Positions 19,343 to 29,903 of a DNA stretch of 64,000 bases are shown here, in pieces. Location: NCBI GenBank assembly GCA_963836755.1, contig CAWIKF010000002.1, positions 288,001-352,000 of the forward strand. Direction: 5' to 3'. The notes under the pieces are model-generated. The model worked only from the letters and a program-made list of their open reading frames with translations. It was not told the DNA's origin and made no database searches. Within the stretch, counting starts at the first letter, position 1; every line of letters begins with the position of its first letter. The stretch is from an uncultured Verrucomicrobiae bacterium. GTDB lineage: Bacteria > Verrucomicrobiota > Verrucomicrobiia > Chthoniobacterales > Chthoniobacteraceae. Made by a program: the position numbers and the translations under genes.

Positions 19343-20764
19343 CATGGCCTGATTCCCCACCAGCGCACCTTCTCTCTCTTGCTCGTTTTTTTGACGGCAG
19401 CGTTCCTGTCTGGACCTCGCGCGCCGCGCAGGAGAAGTTGTCGCTCAGCGGGAAGGAATGGAAAGTCTCTCCCCAAGCCGAGGTTCAGCAGACCGGTGAA
19501 GCGATTTCCACGCCAGGCTTTCCGGCGAATGAATGGGTGCCGGCAGAATTTCCGGGCACCGTCTTTGTTTCCTATGTTCTTGCAGGAAAGGAGGGGACCC
19601 AAACTACGCGAACAATATCTATCACGGTTTGACAGGACTCATTATCTGGATGGGGCAATCGGCCTACCCGTCCTTTGTCTGGCAAACCTATGACTACTAC
19701 TATGACTTGACCGGCGCATACTGGGGCGCAAAGAGCGCATGCGAGCCAGTCCACGTCTACTGGAATGAAAATGATGACCGCATCCGTGTGGTGAATACTT
19801 CCGGCAAAAGTATGGAAGGCCTGACTGCTGAAGCGCAGATCTTTAACATCGATGGCTCGCGGAAGTTCGAAAAGAAGACTGAGACCTTACTTCAAAGCCA
19901 GACCATGTGGCGGATTGCTTTACACTCAGCTATCCCGCCGATCTTTCGCCCATCCATTTCATAAGGCTCCGTCTTACCGATGCCGCGCGCAAGATGGTTT
20001 CGGAGAACTTTTACTGGCGCGGAGTCGAACACGAAAACTTCAGGGGACTGGACGATCTCAAGCCGGTCGATCTTCAAGTAACCTCGCAGACTACCCAAGA
20101 AGACGGCGAACAAATCGTCACTGCCAGCTTCACCAACCCTGCCGGGTCCGGGACTGTCGCGTTTGCGATCCGGCCAATGCTGTTGAACCCGCATACGGGA
20201 GATCAAATCCTGCCGGTGCATACTAGCGACGGTTACTTCTTCCTACTTCCGGGTGAGACTAGGAAGGTAGTTTTTCGCTGCGATCCAGCCGCCGCGGGCG
20301 GGGTAGAACCAAAGGTTGTATTTGAGTCCTACAACAATGCCTTCAACTCCCTGCCTCAAGCAGCCGACAAGACCGGCAACTTCGCGCTCGATAAGTATGT
20401 CGCGGCTTCCAGCACTGACTCTCATGAAAAGGCCGATCCCGCGGTGGACGGCGAGCTCAAAACGCGCTGGCTCTCACTCCCGGCCAGCGGCCGGCAATGG
20501 CTCATGGTTGACTTGGAGAAAAGCCGGAAGATCAATCGCGTCAATGTTTCCTGGGACAAGGCTTTCGCAACTAGCTATTCCGTTCAAGTCTCCGACGATG
20601 CCAAAGCTTGGAGCGACATTCAGTCCACCACGACCGGCAAGGGAGGGAAGGAAGAGCTGACGGGGTTGGAAGGCCAGGGCCGCTACATCCGCCTCCTGGC
20701 CACGCAGCCGACCGATCCGAAGGGCGTTTACGCGGTGTCGGAGATCGAGGTCTTCGGGCAATAG
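19343..20764 (+). pseudogene. Degraded GH2-type glycoside hydrolase (beta-mannosidase/exo-glucosaminidase-like) with C-terminal F5/8 type C domain
   Basis: Fragments in different frames: signal-like, WVPAEFPGTVFVSY, DPNYANNIY joined to WQTYDYYYDLTGAYWGAKSACEPVH, then SENFYW and AVDG..TRW..QWLMVDL..GRYIRL. Confidence 0.8.
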
Positions 20765-21008
20765 TTCCGCGAGGTCGGGATGAAAGTTGTTGTCGTCACG
20801 GCAAAGGTGCCGAGCGTGTTCCGAAACGAGCATTCCACAGTTCACGAGTTGTTGGGTTTCATGAACAGGCGATTGGATCCGCTTTCTCCTCCCTGCCATG
20901 GAATCGCCGCTAGAGATTGCCTAGAGAGACTGCGGCGTTTGCAAGCTTTGTTTTTTGCGAGCAGGGTTCCGCTCGACAAAGCCGGCGAGCGCCACCAACT
21001 TTTCCCCC

Positions 21009-22595
21009 ATGTCCACCGGTTATCTCGCACTCGTGCTGCACGCACATCTGCCTTATGTGCGGCATCCGGAATACGAGGAGTTCCTCGAGGAGGACTGGCT
21101 TTACGAGGCGATCACGGAGACGTATCTGCCGCTCTTGCAGGTGTTGTGGGGTTTGGCGGACGAGGGCGTGCCTTTCCAAATGACGATGTCGCTGACGCCG
21201 ACGCTCTGCTCTATGCTCCGCGACCCGCTTTTGCAGGAGCGCTATGTGCGCTACATCGAGCGGGCGGTCGCGCTGGCGAAGCAGGAGCTCGACCGGACGC
21301 AGCACGATGCGCGGCTGCACGAGCTGGCGCGCATGTATCTGGAGCGCTTTATCACGTGCCGGAATCTTTTTGTGGACGGATGGAGGCGCGATCTCGTCGG
21401 CGCATTCGCAGCGCTGCAGGAGCGCGGAGTTTTGGAAATCATCACCTGCGCGGCGACCCACGGTTTTCTGCCGCTGATGGAAAATTTTCCCGAAGCGGTG
21501 CGGGCGCAAATTTTGATCGCACGCGATCATTACCGCGAATGTTTCGGGCGCGACCCGGTCGGCATCTGGCTTCCCGAATGCGGCTTCGTGCCCGGCCTCG
21601 ACGATGTTTTACAAGAGGCAAATATCCGCTGGTTCATCATGGATTCGCACGGGCTCATGTTTGGGAGTCCGCGCCCGCGCTACGCGATTTATGCGCCGGT
21701 TTTTACGCCGGGCGGCGTGGCGGCTTTCGCGCGCGACCGCGAGTCGAGCAAGCAGGTATGGAGCGCGGAGCACGGATATCCGGGCGACCCCGCGTATCGT
21801 GATTTTTACCGCGATATCGGCTTCGATCTTTCGGAGGAATATCTGCGGCCGTTTTTGCCGCCGGACGGCACGCGGAAATTCACCGGCATCAAATACAACC
21901 GCATCACGGGCCGCACGAACGACAAAGATTTATATAACCGCAACTGGGCGATGGCTGCCGCCGATTCGCACGCGGGCAACTTTGTCTGGAACCGCGCGCA
22001 GCAAATCAAGGGACTGCGCGAGACGTCGGGCGACTTTGACCCCATCGTCGTGAGCCCATTCGACGCGGAGCTCTTCGGACATTGGTGGTTCGAGGGACCG
22101 GAGTTTTTGAACTGGGTCATCCGCAAGGCCGTTTACGACCAGCGCGATTTCCAGCTCACAATGCCGACGCGCTATCTCGACGCGCACAGCACGCTGCAAC
22201 TCGTGGTGCCGAGCGCCTCGAGTTGGGGGCACAAAGGTTACTGGGAAGTCTGGCTCGATGAGAGCAACTCCTGGATTTACCCGCATCTCCACGCCGCCGC
22301 GCGCCGCATGACAGAGCTCGCGCGCCTGCACAAAGAAACGACCGACCCGCTGCTCGATCGCGCGCTCAAACAACTCGCGCGCGAACTGCTCCTGGCGCAA
22401 TCGAGCGACTGGGCGTTCCTGATGAAAACCGGCACCGCGCGCGAATACGCGACAAAGCGGACCAAAGATCATCTGCTGCGCTTCACGCGGCTCTACGAAA
22501 TGGTTCGTGGCAACACGATCGACGAGACATTTTTGAAAAACAGCGAATGGCGCGACGCCATTTTCCCAAACCTCAACTGGCGATACTACCTGTGA
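21009..22595 (+). CDS. GH57 1,4-alpha-glucan branching enzyme (DUF1957)
   Basis: HAHLPYVRHP, GIWLPEC, PFDAELFGHWWFEGP, LAQSSDWAF. Confidence 0.93.
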   Translation: MSTGYLALVLHAHLPYVRHPEYEEFLEEDWLYEAITETYLPLLQVLWGLADEGVPFQMTMSLTPTLCSMLRDPLLQERYVRYIERAVALAKQELDRTQHDARLHELARMYLERFITCRNLFVDGWRRDLVGAFAALQERGVLEIITCAATHGFLPLMENFPEAVRAQILIARDHYRECFGRDPVGIWLPECGFVPGLDDVLQEANIRWFIMDSHGLMFGSPRPRYAIYAPVFTPGGVAAFARDRESSKQVWSAEHGYPGDPAYRDFYRDIGFDLSEEYLRPFLPPDGTRKFTGIKYNRITGRTNDKDLYNRNWAMAAADSHAGNFVWNRAQQIKGLRETSGDFDPIVVSPFDAELFGHWWFEGPEFLNWVIRKAVYDQRDFQLTMPTRYLDAHSTLQLVVPSASSWGHKGYWEVWLDESNSWIYPHLHAAARRMTELARLHKETTDPLLDRALKQLARELLLAQSSDWAFLMKTGTAREYATKRTKDHLLRFTRLYEMVRGNTIDETFLKNSEWRDAIFPNLNWRYYL

Positions 22596-23842
22596 AAACG
22601 GCCATCCTATTGCTCGCGTTTGTTGCCTCGATCGCATGGGCGCAGGAAGAGGAGCCGAGCCCGCCGCCGAAAAAAACCGGCGTCAAATTGCTCTTCATCC
22701 CGCCGCCGATGGAAGGAACTTTTTCGCTCGGAATTTACGACGCGCAGGGGCATCTCGTGCGCACGCTCAAGCGCGATGCCGAGACGTCGGACTTCGGCGT
22801 CGCGTTGAACGGGCTCGTCACGTATTGGGATGGAAAAGATGACCACGGCGCGACGTTGCCGGCGGGTAAATACTCCGCACGCGGCTTTTGCGTCGGCGAC
22901 GTGAACGTCGAGGGCGAGGCCTATTTTTGCAACGACTGGATCACCGACGAAAAGTCGCCGCGCATCAGCCGCGTGCAGGAACTTTTTGCCATGCCCGCGG
23001 GCGGTTTCGGCATCAGCGCACAGACGCCGGACAAAGTGACGCTGCTCGCATTCGATGCCGCTGGAAATCCGTGCGACGACAAAGGCGGTCTAAATGAAAA
23101 AGTCAGCGTTCGCGACGGCGCGGTCGTGCGTGAACAGAATGGCGTGGCGGCGAAACTCGAGCTGCCGGGACTTTCAAAGCCGACCGCGGCCGCGCCCGCT
23201 CGCAACGGCGGCGTCTGGGTCGTGGATGAAAGTGAGGTCAAGGAATTCTCAAAGACCGGCGAATTTTTGCGGCGTCTCGCACTCGTGCCCGGCGCGCCGG
23301 TGCCGGTGCAAATCGCCGCGTCGACCACGCGCGACGAAATTTTTCTACTCGAGCAAGACGCACGGATGCAGCGGCTGCGCGCCCTCGCGTTGATCGCGCC
23401 CGCGGCAGCTTCGCCGGCCAGCGCGCCGGTCTCGACGTGGAAAGTGGTCTTCACAAAAACCATCACGTTCAGCGACACGTTTGATGCGGTGAAAGGACAA
23501 CTCAAAACACCGGACGGCAAACCTTTCGTCCCGCAGGAAAAAGTGAAACTCGCGCTCGTGAAAAATCCGCTCGAGCGCAAAAAGCCGGGTGCGGCGGAAG
23601 TCGCGGTGGGCATCGATGCCGACGGAAGTTTTCTGCGGCTGATCGACGGTCTACCGCTGACGCGGCTCTCGGACACGGCGCATTTGAAATGGACGGCGAT
23701 CGCGCGCGTCGCCGCGCCAGATTCGCTGCTGCTTTTTCAAAGTGACGGCGCGGTCGTCGAGGAATTCGTCGCGACTAAACTTTCGAAGATGATGGCGTTT
23801 GATTGCGGCGAATTTGATTTCGATCCTGCGCGCGACAAATGA
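22592..23842 (+). CDS. Secreted protein with FlgD-like Ig domain
   Basis: GTG start overlapping upstream stop; signal peptide; SLGIYDAQGHLVRTL..WDGKDD.G..LPAGKY. Confidence 0.75.
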   Translation: MKTAILLLAFVASIAWAQEEEPSPPPKKTGVKLLFIPPPMEGTFSLGIYDAQGHLVRTLKRDAETSDFGVALNGLVTYWDGKDDHGATLPAGKYSARGFCVGDVNVEGEAYFCNDWITDEKSPRISRVQELFAMPAGGFGISAQTPDKVTLLAFDAAGNPCDDKGGLNEKVSVRDGAVVREQNGVAAKLELPGLSKPTAAAPARNGGVWVVDESEVKEFSKTGEFLRRLALVPGAPVPVQIAASTTRDEIFLLEQDARMQRLRALALIAPAAASPASAPVSTWKVVFTKTITFSDTFDAVKGQLKTPDGKPFVPQEKVKLALVKNPLERKKPGAAEVAVGIDADGSFLRLIDGLPLTRLSDTAHLKWTAIARVAAPDSLLLFQSDGAVVEEFVATKLSKMMAFDCGEFDFDPARDK

Positions 23843-23885
23843 ACCGCGTGCGCGGCGCCGCTATTTGGTTTAGATAAACTGCGTC

Positions 23886-24698
23886 ATGTCCATTCCACTT
23901 GAAGACAATTACACGGACATCATCGGCAAGGCACAGCGCGGGCTGCATCTCCCGGACTCCGAGCTCGCGGAGCGCGCTGGCGTGAGCGTCGAGACGATTC
24001 ATCAGCTGCGGTCGGGCGACTTTGATGCCGCTGCGGCGGAGCGAATCGCAGCGCCGCTCGGGTTGAATCCGCGCGCGCTCGTGGAGCTCGGGGAAAAGCG
24101 ATGGATGCCGCCGCAGATCGACATCGAAGGTTTGAGGATGTTTAACACGCCGTTCAGCGACATTTTCGTGAATGCCTATCTCGCCTTTGACGCCGAATCG
24201 CGCGAAGCGGTCATTTTCGACACCGGCGCGGACTGCAGCGAAATGCTCGAGTTCCTGGAAAAAAACAATCTGAGCGTGCGATGGATTTTGCTCACGCACA
24301 CGCACGTCGATCACATTTTCGATCTCGACCGGCTGAAAATGAGGACGGACGCGCCGGCCTACGTTTCGCGTCGCGAACCGCTCGAAGGTGCGGAGCCAAT
24401 CGATGAAGGAACGGAATTCGAACTGGGAAAAATCCACGTTCGCGCGCGACTGACGTCGGGGCATTCGGCCGGCGGGCTGACGTATCTCGTCGATGGATTG
24501 TCGCAGCCGGTTGCGATCGTCGGTGATTCGCTTTTCGCCGGTTCGATGGGCGGCGGGATGGTGAGCTACGCCGATGCACTGCGAAATAATCGCGAGAAAA
24601 TTCTCACGCTCCCCGATGAAACCGTCGTCTGCCCCGGTCACGGCCCAATGACGACGGTCGGCGAGGAGAAAGTGCACAACCCATTTTTCGCGACGTGA
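23886..24698 (+). CDS. MBL-fold metallo-hydrolase (glyoxalase II-like) with N-terminal HTH-like region
   Basis: THTHVDH, GHS, GDSLF, PGHGP; N-terminal ELAERAGVS..I..L. Confidence 0.88.
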   Translation: MSIPLEDNYTDIIGKAQRGLHLPDSELAERAGVSVETIHQLRSGDFDAAAAERIAAPLGLNPRALVELGEKRWMPPQIDIEGLRMFNTPFSDIFVNAYLAFDAESREAVIFDTGADCSEMLEFLEKNNLSVRWILLTHTHVDHIFDLDRLKMRTDAPAYVSRREPLEGAEPIDEGTEFELGKIHVRARLTSGHSAGGLTYLVDGLSQPVAIVGDSLFAGSMGGGMVSYADALRNNREKILTLPDETVVCPGHGPMTTVGEEKVHNPFFAT

Positions 24699-25591
24699 GC
24701 GGGGAAAAAATCGGCTTTGTCGGCGTCGGCCGAATGGGCGCGAACATGGCGCGGCGCTTGTGGGATCAAGGTTTCGCGGTCACGGCGCTTTACGATGTGC
24801 AGCGAGCTGCGGCGCAAAATCTCGCGCGCGAAGTCGGCAGCGACGCGGTGGAAACGCTCGCCGCGGTTTCGGCAGCAGCGGACGTGATCATCACCGTGGT
24901 GACGGACGACGCGGCGCAGATGGAAGTTTTTCAACGCAGCGGCGACAATCTTTTAAACAACGCACGCGGCCGACTTTTCATCAATTGCGCGACGGTCGCC
25001 CCGCGGGTCCACGTGGAAATCGAGCGGCTCGCGGAGCAGGCCGGCGCGCAATCGCTCGAGGCCTGCATGGCGTCGAGCATCACGCAGGCGCGCGAGGGCT
25101 CGCTCTATTTGATGCTCGGCGGAAGGCGCGAGGCGTTCGCGCGCGCGGAGCCGATTTTGCGCGCGCTCGGCGAATCGATGCGATTCGTTGGAAGCGCGGG
25201 CGAGGCGGCGAAGGTGAAGGCGTTGGTGAACATGGTGATGAATATCAACACGGCTGGGCTCGCCGAAGGGCTGGGGCTTGGCGAGGCGCTCGGACTCGAT
25301 CTCGAAATGTTGCGCGAAGTTTTCGCGCAGACCGGCGCGAACTCGCGCGTGCTCGCGACGGACGGCGAAGATATGCAGAATCGCGAGCACAGCTGTTTTT
25401 TCTCCGCGTCGCATGCGGCGAAGGATAGCGGCATCGCCCTGCGGCTCGCGGATGAGGCAGGGCTCGACCTGCCGCTGGCGCGCGCGACGAAATCGCAATT
25501 CGACCGGATGGTGGTCGAGGGAATCGGCGAGCTGGATAAATCGGGGATCGCGGAGCTGACGTTCAAAGGCCGGCGCGGGGCGCGCAGCTGA
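24695..25591 (+). CDS. NAD(P)-dependent beta-hydroxyacid dehydrogenase family protein
   Basis: [26 protein letters not shown]. Confidence 0.88.
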   Translation: MSGEKIGFVGVGRMGANMARRLWDQGFAVTALYDVQRAAAQNLAREVGSDAVETLAAVSAAADVIITVVTDDAAQMEVFQRSGDNLLNNARGRLFINCATVAPRVHVEIERLAEQAGAQSLEACMASSITQAREGSLYLMLGGRREAFARAEPILRALGESMRFVGSAGEAAKVKALVNMVMNINTAGLAEGLGLGEALGLDLEMLREVFAQTGANSRVLATDGEDMQNREHSCFFSASHAAKDSGIALRLADEAGLDLPLARATKSQFDRMVVEGIGELDKSGIAELTFKGRRGARS

Positions 25592-25653
25592 ATCGCGCGC
25601 CAGAAAAAATTTCCTCGCCAGCGCAAAAGTCGACGCTTAGAAACGCAATCCCT

Positions 25654-26538
25654 TTGACCACGGAAACTCCAGTTTTACGCATCGGTTTGCCCTCCGGCAG
25701 TTTGCAGGAGGCGACATTTTCGCTGTTCGCGAAAGCCGGGTTCAGCATCAACGCGTCGAGCCGATCCTATAAGCCGAGCGTCGATGATCCGGAGTTGCAA
25801 ATCCGGCTGCTGCGCGCGCAGGAAATCTCGCGCTACGTGGAGCACGGATTTCTCGATTGCGGGCTGACGGGAAAGGATTGGATCGAGGAGAACGGGTCGG
25901 ACGTCGAGAGCATCTGCGAGCTGACTTTTTCGAAGGCGAGTTCGCAGCCGACGCGCTGGGTTTTATGCGTGCCGGAAAGCTCGCCGATCAAGACGGTGAA
26001 AGATTTGCAGGGCAAAGTGATCGCGACCGAGGCAGTCGGCATGACGCGAAAATTTCTGAAGAAAAACGGCGTGACCGCGAGCGTGGAATTTTCATGGGGT
26101 GCGACTGAGGTCAAAGTGCCGGATCTCGTGGACGCGATTGTGGACGTGACGGAAACCGGCTCGTCTTTGCGGGCAAACAAGCTGCGCATTTTGGAGACTT
26201 TGATGACGAGCGCTCCGCAATTTATCGCGAACAAAACGGCGTGGAGCGAGGAGTGGAAGCGGGCGAAAATCGAGCGGCTCGTTCTTTTACTCCAAGGCGC
26301 GCTGGCCGCCCGCGATAAAGTGGGATTGAAGATGAACATCCCGCAAAAGAAGTTGCAGAATCTACTCGAAGCTCTACCGTCGCTCCGCAATCCAACCGTC
26401 TCGCACCTGGCGACGGCGGACTGGGTGGCCGTTGAGACGGTGATCGATGAGAAGATCGTCCGTGAGATAATCCCGCAATTGAAGTCGCTCGGTGCCGAAG
26501 GGATCATCGAATATCCGCTCAACAAGGTAGTTTATTAA
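25654..26538 (+). CDS. hisG: ATP phosphoribosyltransferase, long form
   Basis: [39 protein letters not shown]-terminal regulatory domain. Confidence 0.96.
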   Translation: MTTETPVLRIGLPSGSLQEATFSLFAKAGFSINASSRSYKPSVDDPELQIRLLRAQEISRYVEHGFLDCGLTGKDWIEENGSDVESICELTFSKASSQPTRWVLCVPESSPIKTVKDLQGKVIATEAVGMTRKFLKKNGVTASVEFSWGATEVKVPDLVDAIVDVTETGSSLRANKLRILETLMTSAPQFIANKTAWSEEWKRAKIERLVLLLQGALAARDKVGLKMNIPQKKLQNLLEALPSLRNPTVSHLATADWVAVETVIDEKIVREIIPQLKSLGAEGIIEYPLNKVVY

Positions 26539-26544
26539 AGCCAA

Positions 26545-26649
26545 ATGGGTTCACTAAAGAAAAGACGCAAAGCGAAAATCGCGAAGCACAAACGCCGCAA
26601 GCGGATGAAGCTCAACCGACACAAGAAGCGTTTGCGCTATAAAAGCTAG
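26545..26649 (+). CDS. 34-aa basic protein, bS22/mS38 (AURKAIP1/COX24) family; not in ORF track
   Basis: MGSLKKRRKAKIAKHKRRKRMKLNRHKKRLRYKS* fills the hisG-TPR gap and fits the MGS..K.R...KHK.RK pattern. Confidence 0.85.
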   Translation: MGSLKKRRKAKIAKHKRRKRMKLNRHKKRLRYKS

Positions 26650-26664
26650 TCGCTAGATTAGTCG

Positions 26665-28476
26665 ATGAACTCACCGAGGGCTGCGGTCTTGCACGGGAAA
26701 CGCAAGCGGCTGCGTCGCGTATTGCCGCCCCTCGTTTTGCTCGCGCTTTCCAGCTCTCTGCTCGCGATGCCACTCCGCAAGACGGCTGCCGCCAGCCGTG
26801 TCGTGCAGGCCGATGTGCTCGCCAGCGAGCCGCCGCGGAGCGCGCCTGACCTTCTCCTGAAAAAGGAGGATGAGCGAAAAGCGGATGCGCTTGCTGCATT
26901 CGCGAGCGGGATTATTTTTGAGGACAATGGCGAGGCGGACAAATCCTTCGCCGCTTATCAGAAAGCGCTCGGCCTCGATCCCGCGTATGCCGACCTCGCG
27001 GTGAAGCTCGCCCTCGAGCTCGTCCAGCGAAATGATATTTCCGGCGCGATCGCGATGCTGAAGGATTCGATCAAAGCCTCGCCGAAAAATCCCGAGACCT
27101 ACCTTTATCTCTCGCTGATCTACCGGAAATATCTGCAAAAGATGGACCTCGCGCAGAGATACGCGCAGCAGGCGGTCGATATCGATCCGGACAACTTTGC
27201 TCCCTATCTCGCGCTCTACGAAATTTTCGTCGACACGAATCAGCAAAAAAAAGCTGAGCAGGTGCTCGAGCGCGCATCAAAGCTCGATAGCGACGACGGC
27301 CAATTTTGGCTGCAGCTCGGCGGATTCTACGTGCGGCTCCTCGTGAAAGACGACGGCTCGGCGACGCCCGCCGCCGTGAAAAAGATGAACGTCATTTTCG
27401 AAAAAGCGCGCACCTACGCTGCCGAAGATCCGAATATTCTGACGAAAGTCGCCGATTACTACGTGCTCACCGGGCAGGTGAAGGAATCGATCCCGCTTTA
27501 TCTCAAGGTCCTCGAATTAAAACAGAACACGTCCGACGCGACGCTCGCAGCTGTGCAGGACAAACTCGCGAAAAGTTTTCGCCTCATGGGCCAGCGCGAT
27601 GAAGCGATCGCCATGCTCGAAAAGCTCATCAAGAAAGATCCGATGCGCTACGGCGCGTATGAATTTCTCGGCGAGCTGTATGAGGAAAAAGGCGATCCAC
27701 AGCGCGCGCTCGAGAACTACCAGCAAATGCTTTTGCTCGACCCCGCGCAGCCGCTGAACTACCTGCGCGTCGCAGAGTTTTTCATGCGCACCAAGAATTT
27801 GGACAAAGCCGTGCAGACGATGAAGGAGGCGCACCAAAAATTTCCGCGCCTGCCGCAGGTGACGTATTCGCTGGCCATCGCGCTGACCCAGGCAAAGCAA
27901 AATGCGGAAGCCATCGCGACTTACGACGAGGCTTTGCACGAGGCGCAAAACGGCCCCGACGAAATGCTCAACGGCCAATTTTATTTCAACTACGGCGCCG
28001 CGGCTGAGCAAGCCGGACTCACCGACAAGGCCGCCGAGCTCATGAAAAAATCGATCGAGCTCGACCCGACCAACGCCGCGCAGGCTTACAATTTCCTCGG
28101 CTACATGTGGGCCGACAAAGGCCAGCATCTCGAGGAGGCCGGGGATTTCATCAAGCGTGCGCTCGACATGGAGCCCGACAATCCCGCGTATCTCGACAGC
28201 CTCGGCTGGTGGTATTTTAAAAAAGGCGACACGGAGCGCGCGCTGACGCAATTGCAGAAAGCGGCGGCGGCGATCAAACCCGAGGATCCCGTGGTCGATG
28301 AGCATCTGGGCGATGCTTACGCGAAGCTAAACAATGTGGCGCAAGCGTTGGTTTATTGGCAAAAGGCCGCCGCGCTCGATCCGGAAAATAAAAACGCGCT
28401 GACGCAAAAAATCGAGAACGCGAAGCAGAAGATCGCCGCGCATCCCGCGTCCAGCACGGTGCAGGCCGAACCATAG
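26665..28476 (+). CDS. Exported multi-TPR protein
   Basis: Signal-like segment; many TPRs; AYNFLGYMWA and YLDSLGW motifs; start uncertain. Confidence 0.88.
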   Translation: MNSPRAAVLHGKRKRLRRVLPPLVLLALSSSLLAMPLRKTAAASRVVQADVLASEPPRSAPDLLLKKEDERKADALAAFASGIIFEDNGEADKSFAAYQKALGLDPAYADLAVKLALELVQRNDISGAIAMLKDSIKASPKNPETYLYLSLIYRKYLQKMDLAQRYAQQAVDIDPDNFAPYLALYEIFVDTNQQKKAEQVLERASKLDSDDGQFWLQLGGFYVRLLVKDDGSATPAAVKKMNVIFEKARTYAAEDPNILTKVADYYVLTGQVKESIPLYLKVLELKQNTSDATLAAVQDKLAKSFRLMGQRDEAIAMLEKLIKKDPMRYGAYEFLGELYEEKGDPQRALENYQQMLLLDPAQPLNYLRVAEFFMRTKNLDKAVQTMKEAHQKFPRLPQVTYSLAIALTQAKQNAEAIATYDEALHEAQNGPDEMLNGQFYFNYGAAAEQAGLTDKAAELMKKSIELDPTNAAQAYNFLGYMWADKGQHLEEAGDFIKRALDMEPDNPAYLDSLGWWYFKKGDTERALTQLQKAAAAIKPEDPVVDEHLGDAYAKLNNVAQALVYWQKAAALDPENKNALTQKIENAKQKIAAHPASSTVQAEP

Positions 28477-28480
28477 CCAC

Positions 28481-28849
28481 ATGCCCGTCGAGCAAGCCCA
28501 CATCATCGACGCCATCGCTTTCGACGAGCGCGCCGGCGAAATCGCGCTCATTATGACGGAGACGCGCGCATGGACCGGCACGGAGCGGCACCTGTTTGAG
28601 TTGCAGGAAAAAGTGAACGCCTATCTTTCCTTCGCGCTCGATGGCGAAATGGCGGAAAATTTTCCGCAGTTCGCGGGTCGCCCAATGCGCCTGCAGCTAG
28701 AATGCACGGAGCCGCCCGACACAGCTTCGCTGCAAATGATCGCCGCAATGCGCGAGCAAATTGCGTTTCAGGGGATCCGCTTTGAGATCCGCACCGTCGC
28801 CGCGCAATCGTGCGGAACCGGCTGCACCTGCGAGCAGCCGCGCGACTAA
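28481..28849 (+). CDS. Hypothetical protein, DUF6572-like
   Basis: IIDAI..W....LQEKVNAYLSF..G; C-terminal CGTGCTC. Confidence 0.65.
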   Translation: MPVEQAHIIDAIAFDERAGEIALIMTETRAWTGTERHLFELQEKVNAYLSFALDGEMAENFPQFAGRPMRLQLECTEPPDTASLQMIAAMREQIAFQGIRFEIRTVAAQSCGTGCTCEQPRD

Positions 28850-28892
28850 TCACGCTTGTTTCCACCCGCTTTCTCGGCCAACTTCCGGCGCT

Positions 28893-29900
28893 ATGGGCAA
28901 ATATCGTTTCGGCTGTCTCGCCGCGGTTCTGGTCGCGCTTTTGTGCATCAGCATTCTTTTTAATCTGGTTTTCATCGCGGGCAGAGCGCGTCCGCTCGCG
29001 AGCGGCCATCTCCACGCCGAGCACGCGCCGAAATTTGACGAGCGCACCGTGATCAATGCCTCCCGCTCGACGTCCGACAAAATCGCGCTCATTTCGTTGC
29101 GCGGCATCATCTCATCCTCGCGCAGCGGTTCACTCGGCGAGACGATGGTCGATGACTTGAAAATCGCGTTGCGCCAGGCGGCGGACGACAGCGACGTGAA
29201 GGCGATCGTCCTCAATGTCGACTCGCCCGGCGGCGAAGTCACCGCGTCCGATGAGATCTACGCAGCTGTCAAACAAGTGCGCGAGAAAAAGCCGGTGGTC
29301 ATTTACATGGGCTCGCTCGCCGCATCCGGCGGTTATTACATTTCCTGCGCCGGCAGCTGGCTGATGGCGAACGAAACGACCCTCACCGGCAGCATCGGCG
29401 TCATCATTGAAACGCTGAATTACCAAAACCTTTTCGGCAAGATCGGCCTCGACATGGTCGTCTTCAAAAGCGGCCAGTTTAAAGACATCCTCAGCGGCGC
29501 ACGCGCGATGACGCCGGAGGAGCAGCAATACATCCAGAGCCTCGTGATGGAGATTTATGGGAAGTTTGTCGGCATCGTCGCGCAGGAGCGGCACCTGCCC
29601 GAAGATCAGCTCCGCAAGGGCATCGCCGACGGCCGCGTCATTTCCGGAAAGGACGCGCTGGCTGACAAACTCATCGATCAGCTCGGGCAAATTGACGACG
29701 CGTTTGCGAAGGCGCGCGACCTCGGTCATGCGCCCGGCGCGGCCGTCATTCGCTACGAAGAAGGGTTCCGTCTCGGCCGGCTTTTCCAAATGCTGAGTCA
29801 GTCGGAAAACGCGAAAGTCGAAGTCAAACTTGACGATCGCCTCGTGCCGAAATTAGAAACCGGCCGCCTCTATTTGCTGCCCGGCTTTTTCGCGCCGTAA
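28893..29900 (+). CDS. sppA: Signal peptide peptidase SppA, short type
   Basis: DSPGG, AASGGYY, TGSIGV, KSGQFKD. Confidence 0.93.
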   Translation: MGKYRFGCLAAVLVALLCISILFNLVFIAGRARPLASGHLHAEHAPKFDERTVINASRSTSDKIALISLRGIISSSRSGSLGETMVDDLKIALRQAADDSDVKAIVLNVDSPGGEVTASDEIYAAVKQVREKKPVVIYMGSLAASGGYYISCAGSWLMANETTLTGSIGVIIETLNYQNLFGKIGLDMVVFKSGQFKDILSGARAMTPEEQQYIQSLVMEIYGKFVGIVAQERHLPEDQLRKGIADGRVISGKDALADKLIDQLGQIDDAFAKARDLGHAPGAAVIRYEEGFRLGRLFQMLSQSENAKVEVKLDDRLVPKLETGRLYLLPGFFAP

Positions 29901-29903
29901 CGC

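Noticed and set aside
20780..21008. ORF beginning MKVVVVTAKVP
   Set aside because: Runs out of frame into the GH57 gene and has no recognisable family; at most a remnant
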